Source: Nemertoderma westbladi (Eukaryota > Animalia > Xenacoelomorpha). Taken from it: 64,000 nt of DNA. This document shows, one piece after another, positions 1 to 12,350 of this stretch. Every line of letters starts with the position of its first letter. Positions within the stretch are counted from its first letter, which is position 1. The notes beneath the pieces are model-generated. The model saw only the letters and a list, made by a program, of their open reading frames with translations, was not told where the DNA came from and searched no databases. Location: assembly GCA_032718475.1 (NCBI GenBank), contig JAUCBJ010009009.1:1-64000 (forward strand), read 5' to 3'. Position numbers and translations under genes: made by a program.

Positions 1-419
1 ATGTCCGTTAAAACACCTGTAACGGTACCTTGCGGGCGAGGGGAATATATATACAGTTAGAGAACCTTTTTAGAGTATTCCAGCGCCTGGGGGGAAACTG
101 GATTGCGAAGCAAAAGGGGCCAGTTATATCCCACAGAAGCTTTTACACCATTTCCGAGTATTTAAATCAAATATATGTCAATAAGTAAAAAATAAGATCA
201 GGGCATTAAAAACAAATAAAATGAGACAAAACATTTGACATTATGTGGATGGGTGTGCACCGAAATATATACACATAGAGGCCGCCGCCAAAGTTTATCT
301 ACTCACACCAATTATGCACCAAATTACTAACATTATAACCACGTATAGCGTGAATCAAAGTCAAAATCTGTATATATATAAGAAACACCACTTGGTAATA
401 ATTCTTATAACCTCTAATA

Positions 420-3300
420 CAAACATAATACTAAGCTGCTACCTAATCGGACTGTCTGTATACACCGAGAGATATTCTACGAGCTCTGGGCAGCATGAAG
501 GTCACACCAAGAAAGAAACCCGCGGTCAGTAGCAGCCAATCCCACCTGACGGACCACGATGTTCGTCCACGACCCCACCTACGTCTCCTTTGTTGGAAGT
601 CCATAGAATTGCACCAACACTTCATGTCTTACTGTGTGCCCAGCGTACGAAGACAGTAGGGAGAATACATATATGGCCTTATATACTTCATTGGGGGTCA
701 TATTATTAAAAGCAACCTTCTTCATAGACTTCTTTATGGTTGTCACACTATATTGCGAGGTGCTAATGCTGGTTAGGGTAGGCAAATTATATATCCACGC
801 TGTATGCATATACTGATCAAAGATGCGGAATTTTGCTATACCCACTGTATGTAGACATAGCATCCTATAGAATAGTAACATAATTTTCCTGTTCTCACAG
901 TTGAATATATTATATATAATGGTCAGGATGCCCATCTCAATTATCATTCGTGGAGTTTGTATACCATAAACTTGCGATAGAACCGACGATGATACATAAT
1001 TACCAACTCCAAGTACCCTGCGCATCATTCTTTCAATACCCTTTGCCGCATCTAGAATGACATCCCGTCTTAATGCTTGACTTCCATACAGTATGGCTAT
1101 ATGATGTTAGACAACCACGACTTTAGAGGGATTGTGATATTAATATGAGTATGTATGACAGTATGAATATGAGCCTGTATATATGAGACAGTATGGATGG
1201 CAGACACACAGCACGAAATACCTTAGTTGCTACTTTAAGAGGTATACTATCAATGCAGAAACCTCGTTGTTTCATCCTACTAGTACTGATAAGAAGTTTA
1301 TGTTGTATGTACTTTACGAGATTTGCATCCGTCGCTGGCAGTGGGAGTCCAAGGTAGGTACAAGTCAGCTCAGCTTTATGGGTTATATCAGATTTAGAAA
1401 CCCTCAATTCACATATATGTTCAAATTATGACACCATCATTAACAGTGGGGTGGCCTTTCAACTCTACCGCTATATAGTTCTATCTGAATTAACATCCAG
1501 TCGCCGACAATACTGCAAGAGCGAATTGTGGATAGCCATTGCAGTCCCTCCCTTAGCATTCTTACTTTCATGGAATATCATGTCATTTGAAGTTGTATGA
1601 ATACACTTATAGTCATCATGAATTCCCTCTTTATGAAGGTAAAATTGAGCTTCATGAGCATCAAGCCAAGTCTCCTGCAGGAAGAGGATTGCTGGCTTGT
1701 TAAAGTTTATTCCTTACAAAACCTTTGCAGTTAAGAGTTATAAGTTTAAGATAGCACTTGTTATATACACTAGACATCACCTTGTTCCTATATTGAGATT
1801 GCGGCAACTCCTTCTTCAACCTCGTCGCTTTACTATTATCATATTTAAAAGCAGTTTCTGGAGATAGGAGGCCCAGAGAGCCACTCACCCTGATGCGCCG
1901 ATTTTCTCACCCTAGGATTTCGTATGGGATTGTTCAAGTTGTATACAGTAGCTAGAGCATAAGGGTATAACTTATCTCTTCACTCACGTCCTGTTTGCCT
2001 CAGTCGAGGAAAATGTCTAGATGGCTCTAGAACAGGGAGATAGAGTGGTCTAGGTGGCTCATTAGGTGGTGGTCCTCTATGTGACCCTGTTTCTGTTTTG
2101 GAATAGTACACACCGTTCCATATAGTCTTACTGCTACCCGTTACCAGTAGGGTGGTCGGATTATTGAGATTATTATTTGCATTTCCCATGCATCATCTCA
2201 GCTCCTCCCTCCCACGGGTCTGGTAATAAAACTTTCCTCTTATTATCATTTTTCCCTTTCTCTGGCATGCCACTGGCAAATTGGAGTTGGTATCTGCCTG
2301 CAAATACCACCGTCCATGTCACTATTGGGATAGCCGGACCCATTTCTAGTTGAGCAATTGGTGTCAGTACCCATTAGTGGTTCTTTGTATACTTGTGTGA
2401 CTCCAATAGCTCTTCCGATCTCCTTTGGCCACATTGCAATGTTCATATAGATATCGATACAGTCAGGTGTGGCTGTTATCCGTGCCTTCTTATATCCATA
2501 TATACCTCTTACTATCTGGATTTCGCTCGGTCTCACACCACACTGTGAGTAGCAATACTGAGATAGGGATGATGTCGTAATACTATTGGGTAAGCCAGAG
2601 ACAATTAATTACTAAAAAGTTTAAAGTTCCATTTCCGTCATGATTATTTGCACCTGCATTTATTTTCTTATCCCCCCAGGACCTTTTAAAGCAGTTTATT
2701 CTGCTCTTCCAACTGAACTGATATTTTGTATTCATAATCGAGTTCACTGAAAGTATTATGTGTTTTAATTTTATCCCAGTCATTGATTTTGATATCCCTA
2801 CGTTTTGATGTCTTCTTTGGTTCTTCCCACATACCTTTTGAGCCCATTATGTTTTCAAACTTATCGGGGCAGATAACAGAAATACTCTCCTCCCTCTTTC
2901 TATTGGCAATTTGAACATCTTCCCCTAATTGGGTATCCTCATCCCTATGCTTAATGCTTTCGTTATCACTGCATTCGCTCGTGCTATTGGAAGTTTCATT
3001 GGCAGTTTTCCCGTCATTACCATCTGAAACCTTAGCCTCAGCACTACCCATGGGTGTTTTTATTTTGTTTTTATCTAGTTTCTTATGGATGCATCAGGTA
3101 CAGGAACTATATGCTCTGTACTGTTCTTCTGAGCTAGAGCAGCCAGTTTAAGCACTGTTGCTTCTAGAGTTTTCACCCTATCATTTGTGGATTACATTGG
3201 GTTTGCAGTATCTTTAGTTCCTCCTGCAGTTTAACCTCACTAAACTCACTACCGTGAGTGCCAGAGCCGAGCCGATGGATACGCTGCTTACTCAGCCTAC
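420..3300 (-). mobile_element. Decayed non-LTR retrotransposon (LINE) with ORF1-like, endonuclease-like and RT/C-terminal remnants
   Basis: Broken minus-strand frames give TCTYLGLPL, KVFRAVCLPSIL..ILYGSQAL and ERMMRRVLGV (post-RT LINE motifs), TLNFLVINC (APE-endonuclease N-terminus-like) and IKTHNTFSEL (ORF1-like). Many stops and frameshifts; boundaries approximate. Confidence 0.6.
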
Positions 3301-3361
3301 TGGGCCACATAAGTGACCGAGGTGTTAACCGGTGGGCAAAAGTAAGCACACAAGCGTTCCG

Positions 3362-4262
3362 GGCTAGTTTAGCCAGTAAACTCAAACCAACGGCGGAATT
3401 GTCTTACGTTCCTGGCAATCGCAAAGCCTTTCGCAGGCCCGACCCAGCAACAAAGACGCCCAACTTTGGGGCAGAGCTGACTTCTAGGCTAAATAGTTTA
3501 GCCAGTAAACTCAAACCAAGGCGGAATCGTCTTATGTTCCTGGCAATCGCAAAGCCTTTCGCAGGCCCGACCCAGCAACAAAGACGCCCAACTTTGGGGC
3601 AGAGCTGACTTCTAGGCTAAATAGTTTAGCCAGTAAACTCAAACCAAGGCGGAATCGTCTTATGTTCCTGGCAATCGCAAAGCCTTTCGCAGGCCCGACC
3701 CAGCAACAAAGACGCCAAACTTTGGGGCAGAGCTGACTTCTAGGCTAAATAGTTTAGCCAGTAAACTCAAACCAAGGCGGAATCGTCTTATGTTCCTGGC
3801 AATCGCAAAGCCTTTCGCAGGCCCGACCCAGCAACAAGACGCCCAACTTTGGAGCAGAGCTGACTTCTAGACTAAATAGTTTAGCCAGTAAACTCAAACC
3901 AAGGCGGAATCGTCTTATGTTCCTGGCAATCGCAAAGCCTTTCTCAGGCCCGACCCAGCAACAAAGACGCCCAACTTTGGAGCAGAGCTGACTTCTAGGC
4001 TAAATAGTTTAGCCAGTAAACTCAAACCAAGGCGGAATCGTCTTATGTTCCTGGCAATCGCAAAGCCTTTCTCAGGCCCGACCCAGCAACAAAGACGCCC
4101 AACTTTGGAGCAGAGCTGACTTCTAGGCCAAATAGTTTAGCCAGTAAACTCAAACCAATGGCGGAATCGTTTTACGTTCCTGGCGATCGCAAAGCCTTTC
4201 GCAGGCCCGACCCAGCAAGAAAGACGGTCCCAACTTGGAACAGAGCTGACTTCTAGGCTAAA
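3362..4262. repeat. Tandem repeat, 7 copies of a ~128-bp monomer
   Basis: AGCCAGTAAACTCAAACC recurs at 3371, 3500, 3628, 3756, 3883, 4011 and 4139. Confidence 0.95.
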
Positions 4263-4974
4263 CTTTTGCTGTACTGAGCTCACTTCAGGCAGCTGGGGTT
4301 TAAGACTCTTGTTTTTTGTCCCGATGCAGCTCTATTTATAGCCTGATGTGGGGTCAATATGGAGTTGATCCCTAATTATCACATGCGCTCCGTTGGACTT
4401 TCTGTGCAGAGACTTTACGTTCAAACCATGTTAAAATATGAATACTCATTATAATTAATAATTAACTAATTAATAATTGGTGCCTGGATGGAGTTTTGAA
4501 GGTGACTAGTCAATCATTCCCTACTGCTATTGGGTGGTGGCAGTAGGCTGTGTGCTGGGGGGCCGGTGTAAGGGAAGGGATGTATTGGATAACAATAGAC
4601 CCTGGAGGGTACCCTGGATGGAGTGTGTTGGGTGGACAAGGCAGGACTCGGCACGCCCGCCACGACTAAGGATGTCTGGGTTGGGACAATGAGTCATATG
4701 AGTCATAATATTAGGGATATTGGATAATATTCTGAGATGAATATTTCGGTGAATATTTCTGGGATGAATATTACGGCGGAATAATGAAAAAGGGGAATAA
4801 TTATGTTGTAATTATTTCGTTTTTAAAATCAGAATCCCGAGGAAGTGTATTTTTGTATGTTTGCCTACGGAGGCGCGAAAAATCGATTACATTGTCAATT
4901 AAATCAGTGTTATCAGTTGTTAGTACTGTCGCGTGAAAAACATAAGTGTTAGGAGAATGTAGGATTTGCAGATG

Positions 4975-7900
4975 GGGGTGTGTGGTTCTAGGTGTTTGTA
5001 TTGCAGATGTGGGTGTGGTTCTAGGTATTTGTATTGCAGATGGGGTTGTGTGGTTCTAGGTGTTTGGGGTGCGTGGTTCTAGGTGTTTGGGGTGTGTGAT
5101 TCTAGGTGTTTGGGGTGTGTGGTTCTAGGTGTTTGTATTGCAGATGTGGGTGTGTGGTTCTAGGTGTTTGAGATGTGTGGTTCTAGGTGTTTGTATTGCA
5201 GACGGGGGTGTGAGGTTCGAGGTGTTTGGGGTGTGTGATTCTAGGTGTTTTGGGTGTGTGGTTCTAGGTGTTTGTATTGCAGATGTGGGTGTGTGGTTCT
5301 AGGTGTTTGAGATGTGTGGTTCTAGGTGTTTGTATTGCAGATGGGGGTTGTATAGTTCTAGGTGTTTGGGGTGTGTGGTTCTAGGTGTTTGTATAGCAGA
5401 TGGGGTTGTGTGGTTCTAGGTGTTTGGGGTGTGTGGTTCTAGGTGTTTGTATTGCATATGGGGGTGTGTGGTTCTAGGTGTTTGGGGTGTGTGGTTCTAG
5501 GTGTTTGTATTGCAGATGGGGTTGTGTGGTTCTAGGTATTTGTATTGCAGACGGGGGTGTGAGGTTCGAGGTGTGTGATTCTAGGTGTTTCGGGTGTGTG
5601 GTTCTAGGTGCTTGTTTTGCAGATGTGGGTGTGTGGTTCTAGGTGTTTGAGATGTGTGGTTCTAGGTGTTTGTATTGCAGATGGGGGTTGTATGGTTCTA
5701 GGTGTTTGGGGTGTGTGGTTCTAGGTGTTTGTATAGCAGATGGGGTTGTGTGGTTCTAGGTGTTTGGGGTGTGTGGTTCTAGGTCTTTGTATTGCATATG
5801 GGGGTGTGTGGTTCTAGGTGTTTGGGTGTGTGGTTCTAGGTGTTTGTATTGCAGATGGGGTTGTGTGGTTCTAGGTGTTTGGGGTGTGTGGTTCTAGGTG
5901 TTTGTATTGCAGATGGGGTTGTGTGGTTCTAGGTATTTGTATTGCAGACGGGGGTGTGTGGTTCTAGGTATTTGGGGTGTGTGGTTCTATGTGTTTGTAT
6001 TGCAGACAGGGGTGTGTGGTTCTAGGTGTTTGGGCTGTGTGGTTCTAGGTGTTTGGGGTGTGTGGTTCTAGGTATTTGGGGTGTGTGGTTCTAGGTGTTT
6101 GTATTGCAGACGGGGGTGTGAGGTTTGAGGTGTTTGGGGTGTGTGGTTTTAGGTGTTTGGGGTGTGTGGTTCTAGGTGTTTGGGGTGTGTGGTTCTAGGT
6201 GTTTGTATAGCAGATGGGGATGTGTGGTTCTAGGTGTTTGGGGTGTCTGGTTCTAGGTGTTTGGGGTGTGTGGTTCTAGGTGTTTGTATAGCAGATGGAG
6301 TTGTTTGTATTGCAGATGGGGGTGTGTGGTTCTAGGTATTTGGGGTGTGTGGTTCTAGGTGTTTGTATTGCAGACGGGGGTGTGTGGTTCTAGGTGTTTG
6401 GGCTGTGTGGTTCTAGGTGTTTGGGGTGTGTGGTTCTAGGTGTTTGTATTGCAGACGGGGGTGTGAGGTTCGAGATGTTGGGGGTGTGTGATTCTAGGTG
6501 TTTGGGGTGTGTGGTTCTAGGTGTTTGTATAGCAGATGGGGTTGTGTGGTTCTAGGTGTTTGGGGTGTGTGGTTCTAGGTGTTTGTATAGCAGATGGGGT
6601 TGTTTGTATTGGAGATGGGGGTGTGTGGTTCTAGGTGTTTGTATTGCAGACGGGGGTGTGTGGTTCTAGGTGTTTGGGCTGTGTGGTTCTAGGTGTTTGG
6701 GGTGTGTGGTTCTAGGTGTTTGTATAGCAGATGGGGTTGTGTGGTTCTAGGTGTTTGGGATGTGTGGTTCTAGGTGTTTGTATAGCAGATGGGGTTGTGT
6801 GGTTCTAGGTGTTTGGGGTGTGTGGTTCTAGGTGTTTGTATAGCAGATGGGGTTGTTTGTATTGGAGATGGGGGTGTGTGGTTCTAGGTGTTTGTATTGC
6901 AGACGGGGGTGTGTGGTTCTAGGTGTTTGGGCTGTGTGGTTCTAGGTGTTTGGGGTGTGTGGTTCTAGGTGTTTGTATTGCAGAAGGGGGTGTGAGGTTC
7001 GAAGTGTTTGGGGTGTGTGGTTCTAGGTGTTTGTATAGCAGATGGGGTTGTGTGGTTCTAGGTGTTTGGGGTGTGTGGTTCTAGGTGTTTGGGGTGTGTG
7101 GTTCTAGGTGTTTGTATAGCAGATGGGGTTGTGTGGTTCTAGGTGTTTGGGGTGTGTGGTTCTAGGTGTTTGTATAGCAGATGGGGTTGTTTGTATTGGA
7201 GATGGGGGTGTGTGGTTCTAGGTGTTTGTATTGCAGACGGGGGTGTGTGGTTCTAGGTGTTTGGGCTGTGTGGTTCTAGGTGTTTGGGGTGTGTGGTTCT
7301 AGGTGTTTGTATAGCAGATGGGGTTGTGTGGTTCTAGGTGTTTGGGATGTGTGGTTCTAGGTGTTTGTATAGCAGATGGGGTTGTGTGGTTCTAGGTGTT
7401 TGGGGTGTGTGGTTCTAGGTGTTTGTATAGCAGATGGGGTTGTTTGTATTGGAGATGGGGGTGTGTGGTTCTAGGTGTTTGTATTGCAGACGGGGGTGTG
7501 TGGTTCTAGGTGTTTGGGCTGTGTGGTTCTAGGTGTTTGGGGTGTGTGGTTCTAGGTGTTTGTATTGCAGAAGGGGGTGTGAGGTTCGAAGTGTTTGGGG
7601 TGTGTGGTTCTAGGTGTTTGTATAGCAGATGGGGTTGTGTGGTTCTAGGTGTTTGGGGTGTGTGGTTCTAGGTGTTGGGGGTGTGTGGTTCTAGGTGTTT
7701 GTATTGCAGAAGGGGGTGTGTGGTTCTAGGTGTTTGGGATGTGTGGTTCTAGGTGTTTGTATAGCAGATGGGGTTGTGTGGTTCTAGGTGTTTGGGGTGT
7801 GTGGTTCTAGGTGTTTGTATAGCAAATGGGGTTGTGTGGTTCTAGGTGTTTGGGCTGTGTGGTTCTAGGTGTTTGGGGTGTGTGGTTCTAGGTGTTTGTA

Positions 7901-8533
7901 TAGCAGATGGGGTTGTGTGGTTCTAGGTGTTTGGGATGTGTGGTTCTAGGTGTTTGTATAGCAGATGGGGTTGTGTGGTTCTAGGTGTTTGGGGTGTGTG
8001 GTTCTAGGTGTTTGTATAGCAGATGGGGTTGTTTGTATTGGAGATGGGGGTGTGTGGTTCTAGGTGTTTGTATTGCAGACGGGGGTGTGTGGTTCTAGGT
8101 GTTTGGGCTGTGTGGTTCTAGGTGTTTGGGGTGTGTGGTTCTAGGTGTTTGTATTGCAGAAGGGGGTGTGAGGTTCGAAGTGTTTGGGGTGTGTGGTTCT
8201 AGGTGTTTGTATAGCAGATGCGGTTGTGTGGTTCTAGGTGTTTGGGGTGTGTGGTTCTAGGTGTTTGTATAGCAGATGGGGTTGATTGTATTGGAGATGG
8301 GGGTGTGTGGTTCTAGGTGTTTGTATTGCAGACGGGGGTGTGTGGTTCTAGGTGTTTGGGCTGTGTGGTTCTAGGTGTTTGGGGTGTGTGGTTCTAGGTG
8401 TTTGTATTGCAGAAGGGGGTGTGAGGTTCGAAGTGTTTGGGGTGTGTGGTTCTAGGTGTTTGGGGTGTGTGGTTCTAGGTGTTTGGGGTGTGTGGTTCCA
8501 GGTGATTGGGTTGTGTGGTTCTAGGTGTTTGTA
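4975..8533. repeat. GT-rich minisatellite of mixed ~23-bp and ~36-bp units, core GTGTGGTTCTAGGTGTTTG
   Basis: Directly visible; short unit ends GGG, long unit inserts TATTGCAGATGGGG; strong strand asymmetry. Confidence 0.97.
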
Positions 8534-8567
8534 TAAGTGTCTGGAATATTATACCCAAAGGCAATAA
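8525..8567 (+). CDS. Possible terminal coding exon (xCLYKCLEYYTQRQ*) of an unidentified upstream gene
   Basis: The last satellite unit supplies TTCTAG|, followed by a short unique open frame and an AT-rich 3' region. No homology recognised. Confidence 0.25.
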
Positions 8568-9727
8568 CTCCTCTTTTTTACTTATTACTCTTTTTTTTAA
8601 TTTTTTTAATGATCAAAAATTTGCTTTGAAATATAAAGATAATATAAAATTCGTATTTTTATTGTTAAATTTACAATATTTACCGTTCAGTCATGTGCTA
8701 GCCGTGAATAAGATTTTCTTTACTTACCTAGGTAAATGGGGATTATTGCTCTTCAATCAGTAAACTTCTTTGCTGATCTGCAACTCTTTTCTAGACACCA
8801 AACCCAGGTAGGTCTCTATAGCTAAGCGTTATTGATAACCTGGACAATTGTGTTAGAGCTGTATGCGTTGTCTTACCTCTAAATCAATAAATAATTAATC
8901 TATGGCTATATTTCTGACCCTTATTGTAATTAATTATTGCAAAGCTCTTATTATTAATTACATCACGATTGAGAGTTGTCACAAATTGAATACCGTAGCG
9001 ATAATAATAGAAACAGATACAGAATAGTTGCAATACGTTTCCTCTAAAGGGAAACACAATCGCCAGACTCGAGTCCTTACATAAATAATTAGTCAGACAT
9101 TTACTTATTGTATTGTGCCGCCACACCCTTGCAGTACTGTATATTAGTGAAATATAATAGATGATCAAATACTGTTATAGCCTGAGTGAAACATTGAGCA
9201 AATCGATACAATTGTGGGGAAAGGGGAATAAAAGTGATACACTAGAACGGCCTTCCGTTGAAGGTACACTAGCGCAATTACCGTCTCAGTGTCTCAGACT
9301 GGGTGTTTTACTCTCATTCTTATGTGCTCTACAAAACAATCGGAGAGAGTCAAAATATAGAAAATAAAGGTTAAAAACGTCGTTTTTGTCAAATGCGCTA
9401 TCGCAGTACTGTTACTTATACATTTACAGTCAATGAAAAACTACAACTTAGAAGGTAAAACAATACCTACGAGAAAACTTGAGCCAGAATCGACAATCTC
9501 ACCTCGTTTATATAGAACGCGAATAACGCCATTGGGGATTCTTTTGTATCATTCTGTCTGACTTCTGGGTTGAGACGAGATACGATGTTATTGAGGAAAA
9601 AACGGTGGGTAAAACACAAGTTGCACATATTTATTAGTTTGGTTACATTACTGCAAACCATCCAACTTCCATAAGTAACAAGTAAATATTAAAATAAAAC
9701 CAACGTAATAAAAACAGTACCGGTATT

Positions 9728-10894
9728 CTAGAACAGATCAATTTCGTCAGTGCCAGGGGCGTCCAGATCTTTGTATGACGTCATAGGCCGATTCATACCA
9801 ACATTGCGGCCGCCACGGTAACCCCCACCACCGCCGTACATCGGGGCGTTGGCAGTGGGCACTGGGCGCGGCACCGGGGCCAGCTGCTGGGGCGGAGCCA
9901 TCATCTGTTGCTGAGGGAACGGCGCCCAGGGGCCCATGGGCACTGCGCCCCGCGCCCAGGGCATCCCGGGTCCCATCGGCCAACCCGGCCCCATGGGCAC
10001 CACCCCGGGCGGGGGCTGCATGCCCGGTGGCGCGGCGAAGGGCACAGCGGGTTGGGCGAGCGGCGGGTTGGGCGTCGTGTTCCGTCCGGACGGTTTGTTA
10101 CGCGGATTCTCCGGCAACTCCGGACGCTTCGAATCCCGCAAATAATTATTAAAATACTCGACGTCTTTCTTGACCTCCTCTATGCGATCCTGGTGTTTAT
10201 TAAACACGTGTTTCCTCACGAACTCCGGCCCTTTAAACTTCTTCCCGCTCAGCGGACACAACCATTTATCCTTGGCCAACTCCTGCGTATTATCCTCGAT
10301 AAACCTCTCGACCTCGGTCTCCTCGACCCGTCGACCCAGACAGACCATCTCGTGGTCCGAGGGCACCTTCTTACCCTCGAACAGGGCGGCGACCTTCCCC
10401 TTGAACTGGGCCAACCAATCAGCGACCTCCGAGGCGGCGGCTCGGCTAGGCAGCGGCGGCCCACGGGCGTGCATCATCCCGCACCGAGTCGGCATATCGT
10501 CCTCCGTCGTGTACTCCGCCGCGTTGTAATAATCCACCGAATGGACAACCCGGAGGTACAGCAGCAACCGATCGAGTATCTCGAACAACTTATCGTCCCT
10601 ATCAGCACCGCCCCCGTCGTCAGTATCTTCCTCGACTCCCCCGGAGGAGTTCATCCCAACTCCCAGCAGTTCGTCCTCCTCCGCTGACGCTTCCTCGATA
10701 AGGTAGTCGGTAATGTTCTGCATCAACGGGTTGTTGGACGTGAAGTAGGCGTTGGTACCTCCGGCCGGAGTCCAGACGGAGCCGGTTGCAGCTCCGGTCC
10801 AGTTGGCGCCAGCGACTCCAACGATCCACAGTCCGTGTTGGCGGTCCAACTGCTGGACGAGACGGGCCACGTTGCGGATATCCTGGCTAACCAC
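9728..10894 (-). CDS. SRRT: Serrate RNA effector / ARS2, exon 3 (last)
   Basis: LDRLLLYLRVVHSVDYY, zinc-finger-like KWLCPLSGKKFKGPEFVRKHVFNKH, YFNNYLRDSKRP, C-terminal YKDLDAP; acceptor attattccag|GTG at 10894, phase 0. Confidence 0.96.
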   Translation of the reverse strand: MVSQDIRNVARLVQQLDRQHGLWIVGVAGANWTGAATGSVWTPAGGTNAYFTSNNPLMQNITDYLIEEASAEEDELLGVGMNSSGGVEEDTDDGGGADRDDKLFEILDRLLLYLRVVHSVDYYNAAEYTTEDDMPTRCGMMHARGPPLPSRAAASEVADWLAQFKGKVAALFEGKKVPSDHEMVCLGRRVEETEVERFIEDNTQELAKDKWLCPLSGKKFKGPEFVRKHVFNKHQDRIEEVKKDVEYFNNYLRDSKRPELPENPRNKPSGRNTTPNPPLAQPAVPFAAPPGMQPPPGVVPMGPGWPMGPGMPWARGAVPMGPWAPFPQQQMMAPPQQLAPVPRPVPTANAPMYGGGGGYRGGRNVGMNRPMTSYKDLDAPGTDEIDLF

Positions 10895-11254
10895 CTGGAA
10901 TAATGAGAACCTTTACAGCCCACGGAATATTAGAACAATGCGGTTCTCATCTCATTGCGCAAGTGAATTTGGTGATTTAGGATTTGAATTAAATGCTGGC
11001 AACACTAATTTTGTCAAGCGATAAAATTTGATGAGAAAAGCAAACGAAATAACACTCTCGATCCCAAATACAATGTACCTGTCGACTTTACATATATTTG
11101 TAATTCCCATTTCTGATCTGTAAAAGTCACAAGCAATAAAAGTCACTGATTAAGACAATATATTCCAGGGGGATGATGAATAATCACTAAGAGTAAAAGT
11201 ATTATTATAAAATGTAGATAAATAAATGAGTAAGTTAATGATTTGTTTGCCAAC

Positions 11255-12124
11255 CTGTTTGTGGTTGACAATCCCGTGGATGGGTCGGATTCTCTGACTG
11301 AGATCCTTATTGACAACCGGGGCCAACTCGCAGTCCCTCAACCTGAGGTTGTTGAGGTTCCAGCAGATCTCCTTGATGTTAACGGAGCGATCGAAGGTGA
11401 CCCAGCCGCGTCGCGCGAACTTCTTCTCGGGCTGGGGATCGCTGAGGGAGACCCTGAGGAACCCGGGGTACTGCTGGCACATCTGGACGATGTCGTCCTT
11501 CGTGATGATGGGGCTGAGATTCTTCATAAAGAGCGAGAGGGTGCGATGGAGAGGACGAGGAGCCGTTACAACAACAGGGGGATCCACCGGAATATCTTCC
11601 ATCTTCTTAGCGACAACTTCTTCTTCGACCAGCTCCTCTATCGGTTTATCGACCTGTTCTTCAACCTCTTTAGCAACGGGCTTATCTACTGAATCATCGC
11701 TATCGCTATCAGACGAAGACGAATCGCTATCGCTGGAACCGGAATCGCTATCATCTTCCTCCTCACCATCGCTGTCCTTCTCCTTGATGTCCTTGACTAC
11801 CTTCTTGGGCTTCCCTTTGACGGACTCATCGACGATTTTCTTTGCTTTGAGTTGAACCTCGGCTATGGGAACCTCGGTCCCGGGTACCGGGGGCTCGGTG
11901 TCGTCCTCCTCCAGGGTGGGTAGTTTCGGACCGTACATCGTGTAGGAATCCTCCCCCTCGCCTCCCGGTTTAACCTTCCCGCGTTTTCCCGCTCCCACCT
12001 CCCCTTCTGCTCCATCCCTCGAGTCGTCGGAGAATAACTCCCCGGCTTCCTCCCCTTCTCTACTCCCCGGCTGCGGTTTGTATTCTTCCTCCTTAACGAC
12101 TCTCTCTGCAGTTTCCTCGCCAAC
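11255..12124 (-). CDS. SRRT: Serrate RNA effector / ARS2, exon 2 (acidic region and RRM)
   Basis: [15 protein letters not shown]...[30 protein letters not shown]; acceptor aattccag|GTT at 12124, donor CAG|gttggc after 11255, both phase 0. Confidence 0.95.
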
Positions 12125-12350
12125 CTGGAATTGCAGAAATGTGAGAAAGTTGAAAACAACAAACAACTATAATATAAAATAATACGGCATCGGTATTTGT
12201 ATTAGATTAATGTAAATAGAAATTATCGATTCACATTAATTTATATATATAATATAACGAGAATGGTGATATTGAAAATAATAAGAAGTTTAAACACCGA
12301 CTAAAATGATTGCATTGCTACTGAGTACTGGCACGAGAAACATATTTTAA

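Noticed and set aside
3362-4262. Hammerhead ribozyme in the 128-bp monomers
   Set aside because: A GCGAAA hairpin is present, but I found no CUGANGA core on either strand.
4975-8533. Telomeric repeat
   Set aside because: G/T-rich, but units are 23-36 bp, heterogeneous and interstitial, with no TTAGGG-type tract.
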